In this document: positions 6,521-15,247 of the stretch, piece by piece
How the letters are laid out: each line of letters starts with the position of its first letter
Position numbering within the stretch: position 1 is the first letter of the stretch
Origin: an uncultured Clostridia bacterium
Lineage (GTDB): Bacteria; Bacillota; Clostridia; Christensenellales; UBA1242
Assembly (NCBI GenBank): GCA_934747765.1
Contig: CAKVGZ010000001.1
Coordinates: forward strand, 204,442-268,441
Direction: 5' to 3'
Length of the DNA stretch: 64,000 nucleotides
The notes under the pieces: generated by a model
Seen by the model: only the letters and a program-made list of their open reading frames with translations
The model's database searches: none
Told to the model about the DNA's origin: nothing
Position numbers and translations under genes: made by a program

Positions 6521-6546
6521 AAAAATCCCGTCAGGGATTTTTTTTC
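6521..6546 (+). terminator. Rho-independent terminator of the SPFH operon
   Basis: AAAAATCCC-gtca-GGGATTTTT plus a T-run. Confidence 0.8.
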
Positions 6547-6643
6547 TCCACAAAGTTTTGCCTTTAGAAAAATGTTTATTCAATAAAACACTTTTTTTGT
6601 TGTGAGGGAATATTATGATTTAGACTTACAAAGGAGGGAAAAT

Positions 6644-7204
6644 ATGTTTTGTTTTAATTCTTGCGGATGCAACAGAAATTTTTGTTGCGGAGGCAATTGG
6701 AGCAATGGGGTTGTTGTTAGAAATCCATTAACAGGCCCAACAGGTCCAACCGGCCCAACTGGCCCAACTGGCGCAACAGGTCCAACCGGCCCAACGGGAC
6801 CAACGGGTGTGCTTTCAAACATTAATGCAACCGTTGTTGAAACTGCTGCACAAGCGCTAACCACTGGCACAGCATTGACACTTGGAACAACAGTGACAAA
6901 CAACGGAATGGTTGTTGGTGGAAATTCAATCACCATTCCATCGACGGGAACCTATTTGGTCAGTTTTGGAACCAACACGGCAACTGCTGCTGCAGGAGCA
7001 GATAATGTTGGAATTGGTGTTAATGGAGTTGTTGATGCAAACACAAGACGAACTTTAACAACAACGCAAGGAACATCTGGGACTTATGTTCTTGACTTGA
7101 CTGCTGACGATGAGCTGACACTTGTTCCAACTGTCACTTCGGCAACAAATCTTGGTGGAACAGGTGGACCTAGTGCATTCTTGACTGCAGTTAAAATAGG
7201 CTAA
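6644..7204 (+). CDS. Collagen-like (GxT repeat) spore-surface/exosporium BclA-like glycoprotein
   Basis: AAGGAGGG RBS before ATG 6644. There are eight G-P/A-T triplets ([25 protein letters not shown]), then a ~135-aa T/G/V-rich beta domain like the BclA C1q/TNF-like C-terminus. The N-terminus is Cys-rich ([15 protein letters not shown]). Confidence 0.75.
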   Translation: MFCFNSCGCNRNFCCGGNWSNGVVVRNPLTGPTGPTGPTGPTGATGPTGPTGPTGVLSNINATVVETAAQALTTGTALTLGTTVTNNGMVVGGNSITIPSTGTYLVSFGTNTATAAAGADNVGIGVNGVVDANTRRTLTTTQGTSGTYVLDLTADDELTLVPTVTSATNLGGTGGPSAFLTAVKIG

Positions 7205-7205
7205 C

Positions 7206-7240
7206 AAAAATTCTCCAACTCTAAGTTGGAGAATTTTTCT
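7206..7240 (+). terminator. Rho-independent terminator
   Basis: AAAAATTCTCCAACT-cta-AGTTGGAGAATTTTT. Confidence 0.85.
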
Positions 7241-7290
7241 TTTATTTTTCAGACAGATGGTGTATAATGATTGAAAACAAAGGAGAAAAG

Positions 7291-7872
7291 ATGGATTACA
7301 AAGAAGAGTTTTTGAAAATCTACAAAGAAAACATCAAAAGAGAAGGTGCAGACAAACTTTTGGAATGGCTTGAAAAAAGTGATTTTTTTTGCGCTCCAGC
7401 TTCAACAAGGTTTCACAGTTGTCACGAAGGTGGACTTTGTGAGCACTCGGTGAAAGTTTATAATCGTTTTTTGAATATTATTAAATCGGAATATGGCGAA
7501 AATTTTTCCGAAAAAGTGTCGCCAGAAACAATTGCTCTTGTTGCGCTTTTGCACGACGTATGCAAGGTCAACACCTATAAGGTTGAAATGAGGAATGTGA
7601 AAGAAGACGGTGTTTGGGTTCAAAAACCTTATTTCACTGTTGACGACCATCTTCCATACGGGCACGGAGAAAAATCTGTTTATATAATAAACGGCTTCAC
7701 AAGATTAACTCGCGAAGAAGCAATTGCTATAAACTGGCACATGGGTGGATTTGACACGAGAGTTCAAGGTGGGTCATATTCACTAAAAGATGCTTTCACA
7801 AATTTCCCTTTGGCATTGCTTTTTCACATTGCTGACGTGGAGGCAACATATTTGGATGAAACTCAAAATTAA
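7291..7872 (+). CDS. HD-domain phosphohydrolase
   Basis: The H...HD motif 'ALLHDVCK' is present, plus downstream His residues. Start set at ATG 7291 (AAAGGAGAAAAG RBS). An extended -10 TGTATAAT at 7261-7268 overlaps the track's upstream ATG. Confidence 0.7.
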   Translation: MDYKEEFLKIYKENIKREGADKLLEWLEKSDFFCAPASTRFHSCHEGGLCEHSVKVYNRFLNIIKSEYGENFSEKVSPETIALVALLHDVCKVNTYKVEMRNVKEDGVWVQKPYFTVDDHLPYGHGEKSVYIINGFTRLTREEAIAINWHMGGFDTRVQGGSYSLKDAFTNFPLALLFHIADVEATYLDETQN

Positions 7873-7930
7873 TTTGAGTTTTTTTATGTAAAGTATTTCC
7901 AAAAATAAAAATTGATGATATAATATCTTT

Positions 7931-8854
7931 ATGAAATTTGTTAGGCGACACAAAAAAATGATTATTATTTTGTCAGTTTTGCTGGCTCTTTTAATCACGG
8001 TTGTTATTTTGATGTTCACCTTGTTTTCGCTTAAAAATGTTGAGTTAAATTTCAAGACTGAAACACTTAATGTGTCTGAAGGCATGAAAGATGAAATTCA
8101 GGCTGAAGTTTTAAAAACTGGTGGGTCTGTTTTGTTTGTTGGAAAAGAAAAAATCATAAAAGACCTTGAAAAAAAGTTTCCATACATAAAAATTGTTAAC
8201 ATAGAAACTCAAATTCCAAACAAGTTTGTTGTTCATTGTGTTGAACGCGAAGAACTTTTTGCAGTTCAATCTCAAGGAAAAACATATTTTCTTGACGAAG
8301 AATTTAAGATTTTGAGAATTGAATCTTCATCCTATGAAAGTCAAGAAGGCATGCCTGTTGTGCTGGAATTTGAAAACCTTATGTATGACGAAAGTGATCC
8401 AACAACAATAAAACCTTACACATTAGAACTAAATTTGGGTGCGAGTGAAGAAGGACAATTTTTAACTTTGAAATCTTCCAGCGAAGCAGGTGCATATTTT
8501 GCCGAAAAACTTGAATCAATTTCCAAATCCATTTTAACGTCTTTTGAAGAAAATAACCGTGGAATTGCAGACGTTCGTTCAATGTATAAAAAGTTCAAAA
8601 TTTTCTATTATGAAGAAGTCGTTGAAACGAGTTCATATTGGCATTTGTGTTTGAGGCTTGTTGGCAAAGATGGATATGTTTGTGAAATTAGAGATGCAGA
8701 CAACCATTTGCCTGAAAAATTTCAAATTATGTTTCAGGCTTTTTCCGAAGTTCAAAAAGAAAATTTGACCTATTTGAAAAACTCAAAATTGATTGTTTAC
8801 AAAAACGGCTCTAACTACAAATACTTTTTTGAAAAAATTACGGAGGGAACATGA
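7931..8854 (+). CDS. Cell division protein FtsQ/DivIB-like (TM + POTRA)
   Basis: Basic N-terminus, one TM, and a POTRA-like segment 'LKNVELNF...VLFVGKEKIIKDLEKKFPYIKIVNIETQIPNKFVVHCVEREELFAV'. It sits upstream of ftsA-ftsZ. Confidence 0.6.
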   Translation: MKFVRRHKKMIIILSVLLALLITVVILMFTLFSLKNVELNFKTETLNVSEGMKDEIQAEVLKTGGSVLFVGKEKIIKDLEKKFPYIKIVNIETQIPNKFVVHCVEREELFAVQSQGKTYFLDEEFKILRIESSSYESQEGMPVVLEFENLMYDESDPTTIKPYTLELNLGASEEGQFLTLKSSSEAGAYFAEKLESISKSILTSFEENNRGIADVRSMYKKFKIFYYEEVVETSSYWHLCLRLVGKDGYVCEIRDADNHLPEKFQIMFQAFSEVQKENLTYLKNSKLIVYKNGSNYKYFFEKITEGT

Positions 8855-9522
8855 AAAGAATTGGATTATCGATATTATCATTTATTTTTGCTGGGATAAT
8901 GGGACTTGCTGTTTTTTGTCCACTTGCAAGTTTCCAAGTTATCAACTCAAGCACAAAAGCAAAAGAGCAAGATATTGGCCAAAAGGCAACAACACTTTAT
9001 TTTGTTGAATCAATTTTTGTTGACGATGACAAATTGGCGCAGTCGAAAGCAGATTTGTTTGAAAAAACAAAAAAAATTAATCTTAGTGAGTTGTCGGCAA
9101 GTGAAAAGGAAAAAGAACTGTTAAATAGTGCAGAGTTAAATAGATACAACGTGTATAACTTTGCTAAACAAGAAAATTTGACTTCAACACATCGTGTTAA
9201 TTCAAATCTTCAAAACCAAATGAAAGTTGTTTCGGGGTTGACTTTTGCATTCTTCATTTCTGCCGGACTTGTTGCACTTTTGAGCCTTTTGGAAATTTTC
9301 TTCAAAAGCCATAAACTTCGCGGATTTGGCACATTGTTCACTTTTGTGACTTTGCTTCTTAGCATTGCAATGGTTGTCACAACTGAGTTTGTTTTGAAAA
9401 CAACAGAGGCAACTTGGGGAATTGTTGCATCTGTGAAATGGACAGCATATCTAATAATTGCCTACGTTGCGGTGTATATGATTGTTCGAATGATAATAAA
9501 CAAAAAACTCAAAAAATTGTGA
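8851..9522 (+). CDS. Hypothetical multi-pass membrane protein within the division cluster
   Basis: 223 aa. It has a 4-nt ATGA overlap with the ftsQ-like gene. It has an N-terminal TM, a charged coiled segment and three C-terminal TMs. No family recognised. Confidence 0.5.
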   Translation: MKRIGLSILSFIFAGIMGLAVFCPLASFQVINSSTKAKEQDIGQKATTLYFVESIFVDDDKLAQSKADLFEKTKKINLSELSASEKEKELLNSAELNRYNVYNFAKQENLTSTHRVNSNLQNQMKVVSGLTFAFFISAGLVALLSLLEIFFKSHKLRGFGTLFTFVTLLLSIAMVVTTEFVLKTTEATWGIVASVKWTAYLIIAYVAVYMIVRMIINKKLKKL

Positions 9523-9624
9523 TAAATATTTTTAAAAACAGTTGACAAACGTCAGCTGTTTTTTTATAATTATAGAAAAATATGTGTATTTATACAAAAG
9601 AAAATTTCAAGGAGAAAAGGAAAA

Positions 9625-10761
9625 ATGCCAAAAAAACCTGTTGCAGTGCTTGATGTTGGTTCGTCGAAAATGACTGTTCTAATTGGTGAAGAAGGCGTGA
9701 ATGGAACATTCATCATAAAAGGAAAAGGTGAAAGCGAATATTCAGGTTTTTCGGACGGTGAATTTTTTGAACCTGAAACATTGAAAATGGCAATTGGGCT
9801 TGCTCTTTCTAATGCGGAAGAACAAGCAAAAGTTCATGTTGAAACAATATATGTTGGCACTCCTGCCGAATTTTCATATTGTGATTGCAAAGAAGTTGAA
9901 GAAACTTATGATAAAAGAATTAAAATTTTGGGAGATAACATTTCAAGTTTATATTCCAAGGCTCTCAGCAAAGAATTAACCAAATCGTGCACACTTGTTT
10001 GTTGCTCATGTTTGTGGTTCAAACTTGATGACGGAAGAAAATTATATTCTGTTTTGAACATGAAAAGTGCTTCATTGCGAGCTAAAGTTAGCATGATATA
10101 CATAGAAAATGGATTCATCTCAAAGTTTAATCCCATTTTGAAAGAATTGGGAATTGAAAGTGTTGAATATGTTTCAAGTGCTGTTGCCGAAATACATTTC
10201 TTGCTCAACAATTTTGCACGTCAGCGCGGGGCAATCATTCTTGATGTTGGACATCTAACAACAAGTGTTTGTGGCGTTATTGGTGGGGGATGCGCTGGGC
10301 TCGGCTCGTTCTCACTTGGCGGAGCACACATTTCTGGAGATTTTTGTCAGGCTTTTGGAATGAAATTTTCTGATGCTCAAAAATTAAAAGACCAAATCAT
10401 TCTGTCGTTGGATGGAAAAAGAGTTCAAAATTATGAAATCGAAAGCGGTGACACTTCAATAAAAGTTCCGGTTTCGTCGGCAAATCAAATTGTTCGTGAG
10501 AGAATTGATATGATTGTGTCGCTTTTTAAAAGATCATTACAAAAATTTTCGGGTCAAAACCTAGAAAATGCCCAACTTTACTTGACAGGGGGCGGACTTT
10601 CGTATATAACTGGAAGTAAGGATTATCTTGAAAAATGTTTAGGCCGAGAGATTGTCATTCTTTCTCCAAGCACGCCTGCGCTTGATAAACCTCATCTTTC
10701 AAGTTGTTTGAGTGTTTTGAGTTATGCTCTCAAAATTCGTTCAAACAAAAATGTAGTTTAA
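9625..10761 (+). CDS. ftsA: Cell division protein FtsA (short form)
   Basis: Actin-fold phosphate-1 motif 'VAVLDVGSSKMTVLIGE', 'ILDVGHLTTSV', 'LYLTGGGLSYITG'. Located immediately upstream of ftsZ. 378 aa. Confidence 0.85.
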   Translation: MPKKPVAVLDVGSSKMTVLIGEEGVNGTFIIKGKGESEYSGFSDGEFFEPETLKMAIGLALSNAEEQAKVHVETIYVGTPAEFSYCDCKEVEETYDKRIKILGDNISSLYSKALSKELTKSCTLVCCSCLWFKLDDGRKLYSVLNMKSASLRAKVSMIYIENGFISKFNPILKELGIESVEYVSSAVAEIHFLLNNFARQRGAIILDVGHLTTSVCGVIGGGCAGLGSFSLGGAHISGDFCQAFGMKFSDAQKLKDQIILSLDGKRVQNYEIESGDTSIKVPVSSANQIVRERIDMIVSLFKRSLQKFSGQNLENAQLYLTGGGLSYITGSKDYLEKCLGREIVILSPSTPALDKPHLSSCLSVLSYALKIRSNKNVV

Positions 10762-10776
10762 TTTAAGGAGTGAATT

Positions 10777-11964
10777 ATGTACACAGAAAATAGCATAGGA
10801 CCAGTTGCAAACATCAAAGTTGTTGGAATTGGTGGGGGCGGTAACAACGCTGTTAACAGAATGATTAATGCAAACATAACCAGCGCCCAATTTGTTGCTA
10901 TAAACACAGATAAACAAGCATTGCTTATGAGCAAGGCAGATTTGCGTCTTCAAATTGGCGAAAAGTTAACTCGTGGACTTGGAGCAGGTGCTGACCCTGA
11001 AGTTGGTCAAAAAGCTGCCGAAGAAAGCAAAGCAAGCATAACAGAAATGTTGAAAGATTCAGACCTTGTTTTCATCACCGCTGGAATGGGTGGAGGAACT
11101 GGAACTGGTGCTGCTCCTGTGGTTGCTCAAATTGCAAAAGACATGGGAATTTTGACAATTGCAGTTGTGACAAAACCTTTCAATTTCGAAGGCAGAAAAA
11201 GAATGGAAAATGCTGAAAAAGGTCTTGAAAACTTGAAAAAGTATGTTGACACTTTGGTTGTTATTCCAAACGACAAACTCTTGAAACTTGTTCCAAAGGG
11301 CACTCCAATTGTTGAAGCGTTCAGATATGCAGATGACGTTTTGAGACAAGGTATTCAAGGAATTTCAGATTTGATTGTAACTCCAAGTTTGATTAACCTC
11401 GACTTTGCTGACGTTCGTTCAATTATGAAAAACAAAGGTCTTGCACACATGGGAATTGGCCGTGGAACAGGCGAAAATAAGACAATTGAAGCAGTTCGCC
11501 AAGCAGTTTCAAGCCCACTTCTTGAAACCACAATTGAAGGTGCAACAGGTGTTTTAATCAATGTTAAAGGTGGAAACGATTTGCCACTTGACGAAGTTTA
11601 TGAAGCAGTTGACCTTGTTAAAGAAGTTGTTGATGATTCTGGCAATATCATTTTCGGTGCTGCAATTGATGAAGCTATGAATGATGAAGTTGAAATAACA
11701 ATCATTGCAACTGGATTCAAAGGAGCAACCCAAGAAGAACCTGAAGTTGAAAAAGCAAGAGAAGAAGTTAAGGCGTATGGCGGATTTGACCGTGAAAAAT
11801 ATGACCAATATATACAACAAAACAATCCAAATCCATTGAACATTGGAATAAGTGAAGAAGAAGGTGATGATGAAGTTGAGGAAAGTCCTGCTCAAACTTC
11901 AAGAATTTCTATAAGAGAAGCGGATATACCTCCATTCCTTAGAAAGATAAAAAAAGATAGATAG
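10777..11964 (+). CDS. ftsZ: Cell division GTPase FtsZ
   Basis: '[18 protein letters not shown]' and the tubulin signature '[20 protein letters not shown]'. The C-terminal peptide 'DIPPFLRK' is conserved. Confidence 0.98.
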   Translation: MYTENSIGPVANIKVVGIGGGGNNAVNRMINANITSAQFVAINTDKQALLMSKADLRLQIGEKLTRGLGAGADPEVGQKAAEESKASITEMLKDSDLVFITAGMGGGTGTGAAPVVAQIAKDMGILTIAVVTKPFNFEGRKRMENAEKGLENLKKYVDTLVVIPNDKLLKLVPKGTPIVEAFRYADDVLRQGIQGISDLIVTPSLINLDFADVRSIMKNKGLAHMGIGRGTGENKTIEAVRQAVSSPLLETTIEGATGVLINVKGGNDLPLDEVYEAVDLVKEVVDDSGNIIFGAAIDEAMNDEVEITIIATGFKGATQEEPEVEKAREEVKAYGGFDREKYDQYIQQNNPNPLNIGISEEEGDDEVEESPAQTSRISIREADIPPFLRKIKKDR

Positions 11965-11990
11965 AAAAAAGTCCTTGCGGACTTTTTTTT
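11965..11990 (+). terminator. Rho-independent terminator after ftsZ
   Basis: AAGTCC-ttgc-GGACTT followed by T8. Confidence 0.85.
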
Positions 11991-12189
11991 GTGGCAAATA
12001 TTTTATGATTTTATCAAAGTTATGTGCTGACAGTGCTTGACAAAAGGCGTGTGAAAACCTCGTTTTACGAAGTTGTTTTGCACATCATCAAAAGCCTAGA
12101 AAACGACTTGAAAAAAACAGATTTATACTATTGGCATGAAAAACAAAGTTAAAGAAAAAACACACACTCATTTGGGTGTGTGTTTTATT

Positions 12190-14154
12190 TTATTCATTTT
12201 CTGTGACGTCTTCCACATTTTCTTTTATGCTATTTTGTGTGTTATTTTCGGAGTTCTTTTTCTTTGATTTTTTTAAATCTGCTTTTACAATTTTTTGTTC
12301 TTTCTTTTCTTGGTCTTGGCGAGATTTGATTTGTTTTTCCAAAGTGCTTTTGCGGTCATAAGATGTTTTTGTTTTGCGAGTTGTTTTTGGAAGTTTAATT
12401 TTTCTTATATAGAAGTATGCAACTCCACCAATTAAACATGCTCCGAAGAGAACAGATGGAAGAATGTAGGCGAGCATTGAAAGGTTGCTTGTTTCATCTT
12501 TTTTTGTTGACGCACTTGTGTTTGTGTTGCTGTTATTGTTAGTGTTACTATTTTCATTTTTAGGTGTTGAGTAATTGTAAACTGAAAGGCTTCTGTTTTC
12601 CAATTTTGTTTCGTCAAGTTTTTCAAGATCTTCAAAACTTATTGTTCCTTTTTTTAGATATTGTGTTTCTTCCCCATCAGTTTTCAGAACATATTTATTT
12701 TCTTCATTATTAAGCATAACTGTTGAAGCGGACGTTTTTGTTGTTAGTCTAACATCATCAATGTATGCATAACCTTTTGAATTTTCTGTTTCAGTTCCAA
12801 ATTTAATTATAAAATTCAAAGTTTGTGCTGTTTCTGTTTTTATGAACACATGGAATTGCGCCCATTCATTGTTGGCTCCGTTACTTTCTGTGTATGAAAG
12901 TACGTTTTCTTTTTTATATATTGTTTTACCAGTTTTGTCGGTTAAATAAAAACTTAATTTATTTGTTTCATCCGTGATAAATGGAGTGTTAAATTTGAAC
13001 GAAATTTCAAAATATCCATTCTTTGCAAGAATTATATCTGAACTTTTTATCGTTTGAGTTCCTGCTTCTTTGTTGTTTAGCATTAGAACATTATTGTTTG
13101 TGTCACCAGCCGAAACCCCGTCCGAATTGCCTGGATTAATTGCGCTTGCAATTCCAACTTTTGTTATCCTTGTTCCAAATGTTGTGGAGTTAGTGTTAAC
13201 AATGCCAAAATCTGTTCCCGTTGAACCTGTTTGAGTCCAATTTGCTGGGCGGAAGTCTGACAATTTTGTTGAATTTTCTACATCCCAAATTTGATTTTCA
13301 GCAATATTGAAATATCCATTGTCCACATAAATATAATTTGAGTTTTGGTCAATCAAACTAACTTCTTTTATTTTTTTACTATCAGATTTTAACTGATTAA
13401 ACTGTGCGTTTGTTGCACTATAAAGTTTTATTGTGTCAACTACGGCATATCCGATTTGATTATCGGTTTTTGAAGTTGTGTCACTTGTTTTTGTTGCATT
13501 TCCAAAAAGGAATTGGAGTTTCAAAGTTTTTTCCGTATATTCATTTCCTTGAATAAGGAATGCAAATGTTTGATATTCGTTGGAAACAGTTTGGATTTTG
13601 TCCATTGAATATATTTTGTCGCCATCAATTATTTTTGCATTTAATCCAATTTGCGAACCTGAATTTGCAAGTTTCCCAATCTTTACATTGAATGTTAAAA
13701 CGTAATTTGCTTTTGCTGGAACTGTGAATGCTTTATCGGTTTCTATTCCTGCAACACCACTTTCTTTTAATATGAACGTAAGGGCATTGTTTCCGCCATC
13801 TGGGTCGGTTCCAAGGTCACTGAATTTTGTTGTGTCGTCGTATCCAATTAAACCCGAACTTGTTAAATCCCCAATTTTATAACCGCCTTTGCCATTATCA
13901 AAAGGATCTCCTAAAATTGTTGTTCCTGCATATGCAGGGGTTTTCCAATTTGCCGAGTTGTCAAAATTTGTGTTAAAGGAAGTGTCCGGCAAAACGGTGG
14001 ACGTTATGTTTTGGTCGCTAAGTTTTGTTTTCAATCCTGCAACTGTTAATGTTTCACTTTCTTCTGCGCTGATGGTTCCAAGGTTTGCCACGGGAACCAA
14101 CACAAAAGCAAGCACAAGACAAATTGATGTTATAAGTAGACCTAGTTTTTTCAT
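12190..14154 (-). CDS. Secreted, C-terminally membrane-anchored surface protein with CBM-like beta domains
   Basis: 654 aa. It has a signal peptide (MKKLGLLITSICLVLAFVLVPVANLG), long beta-rich N/T/G-rich regions, an Asn/Thr linker, a TM (MLAYILPSVLFGACLIGGVAYFYI) and a K/E-rich cytoplasmic tail. A terminator hairpin lies at 12157-12186. Confidence 0.55.
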   Translation of the reverse strand: MKKLGLLITSICLVLAFVLVPVANLGTISAEESETLTVAGLKTKLSDQNITSTVLPDTSFNTNFDNSANWKTPAYAGTTILGDPFDNGKGGYKIGDLTSSGLIGYDDTTKFSDLGTDPDGGNNALTFILKESGVAGIETDKAFTVPAKANYVLTFNVKIGKLANSGSQIGLNAKIIDGDKIYSMDKIQTVSNEYQTFAFLIQGNEYTEKTLKLQFLFGNATKTSDTTSKTDNQIGYAVVDTIKLYSATNAQFNQLKSDSKKIKEVSLIDQNSNYIYVDNGYFNIAENQIWDVENSTKLSDFRPANWTQTGSTGTDFGIVNTNSTTFGTRITKVGIASAINPGNSDGVSAGDTNNNVLMLNNKEAGTQTIKSSDIILAKNGYFEISFKFNTPFITDETNKLSFYLTDKTGKTIYKKENVLSYTESNGANNEWAQFHVFIKTETAQTLNFIIKFGTETENSKGYAYIDDVRLTTKTSASTVMLNNEENKYVLKTDGEETQYLKKGTISFEDLEKLDETKLENRSLSVYNYSTPKNENSNTNNNSNTNTSASTKKDETSNLSMLAYILPSVLFGACLIGGVAYFYIRKIKLPKTTRKTKTSYDRKSTLEKQIKSRQDQEKKEQKIVKADLKKSKKKNSENNTQNSIKENVEDVTENE

Positions 14155-14234
14155 TTTCTATTTCCTTTTAAATATTAAATACCCTAGTAGTATATCTGAA
14201 ACTTAATTTATTTCAAAACATTTTAAATAAATTC

Positions 14235-14621
14235 TTGAAAATACAAGATAATAAAGTTGTGAAAAAGTTCAAAGATAAATTAATTTTGATTCTCAGCGGA
14301 ATTGCAATTGGAATTGCAAACGGATTTTTTGGCGGTGGAGGAGGCATGATTTGTGTTCCTCTTTTGGAAAAGGTTTTGAAAATCGACAACAAAAAATCTC
14401 ATTCAACAGCTTTGGCAGTGATGCTTCCAATTGCGCTTTTTTCAATAATTGTGTATCTAATTCGAGTTCCGCTCGACTGGGCCATGTTTGGATTTGTTGG
14501 TGGAGGATTTGTTGTTGGAGGGGCGGTTGGTGCGCTTCTTTTGAGTAAACTGAATGGAAAAATCATAAGAATAATTTTTGTTGCAGTTGTGCTTGCTGGG
14601 GGAATTAGGCTTTTGATTTAG
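14235..14621 (+). CDS. TSUP (TauE/SafE) family transporter, half-size 4-TM subunit A
   Basis: 128 aa. 'GIANGFFGGGGGMICVPLL' is the TauE N-terminal motif, and there are four hydrophobic spans. The start is uncertain (TTG 14235 or GTG 14259). Confidence 0.7.
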   Translation: MKIQDNKVVKKFKDKLILILSGIAIGIANGFFGGGGGMICVPLLEKVLKIDNKKSHSTALAVMLPIALFSIIVYLIRVPLDWAMFGFVGGGFVVGGAVGALLLSKLNGKIIRIIFVAVVLAGGIRLLI

Positions 14622-14628
14622 GGGAAAT

Positions 14629-14997
14629 ATGGAAATTTTTTTATTTATACTTTTTGGAATTTTGGGAGGAATAATTGGAGGAATGGGAATGGGTGGTGGA
14701 ACTCTTCTCATCCCTCTTTTAACAATTTTTCTTTCTGTTGAACAAAAGGTTGCTCAAGGCATAAATTTGCTTGCATTTTTGCCAATGGCAATTGTTGCCT
14801 TGATTATCCATTTTAAGAACAAAATGGTTGAAACGAAGGGAATTTTATGGATTATTATTCCTGGAATTTTGTCATCTGTTGGTTTTGCTTTTCTTGCAAG
14901 CATGCTCGATAACTCGGTGCTTAGAACTCTTTTTGGTTCATATTTGATTTTGATTGCTGTTTATGAAATTTGTTGCTTGTTCACAGAAAAAAACTGA
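14629..14997 (+). CDS. TSUP (TauE/SafE) family transporter, half-size 4-TM subunit B
   Basis: 122 aa. It has its own RBS (AGGGGAAAT-ATG) and 'GIIGGMGMGGGTLLIPLL'. It lies 7 nt after, and in a different frame from, subunit A. Confidence 0.7.
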   Translation: MEIFLFILFGILGGIIGGMGMGGGTLLIPLLTIFLSVEQKVAQGINLLAFLPMAIVALIIHFKNKMVETKGILWIIIPGILSSVGFAFLASMLDNSVLRTLFGSYLILIAVYEICCLFTEKN

Positions 14998-15065
14998 GTT
15001 AATATTGCTTTACAAATTACTTTTTGTATGTTAAAATCTTCTTGTTTATACAAAGGAGATTTTTT

Positions 15066-15236
15066 ATGGTTGACAAGAAAAAATGTATTTCATGTGGAAC
15101 ATGCGTTGACATATGTCCAGTTAATGCAATTTCGTGGGGTGATGACGGAAAAGCCCAAATTGATAAAACAAAGTGCATAAAATGTCATTCATGCGAAAGC
15201 ATGTGCCCAGTTGGTGCAATCAAAATTGAAGATTAA
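15066..15236 (+). CDS. 2x[4Fe-4S] ferredoxin
   Basis: CISCGTCVDICP and CIKCHSCESMCP motifs. AAAGGAGAT RBS before ATG 15066. Confidence 0.85.
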   Translation: MVDKKKCISCGTCVDICPVNAISWGDDGKAQIDKTKCIKCHSCESMCPVGAIKIED

Positions 15237-15247
15237 TTAGGAGAAAT

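Noticed and set aside
6613-6936. 107-aa minus-strand ORF with PVG repeats
   Set aside because: It is the antisense reading of the collagen-like GPT repeat gene. The sense frame has an RBS, a start and a recognisable C-terminal domain.
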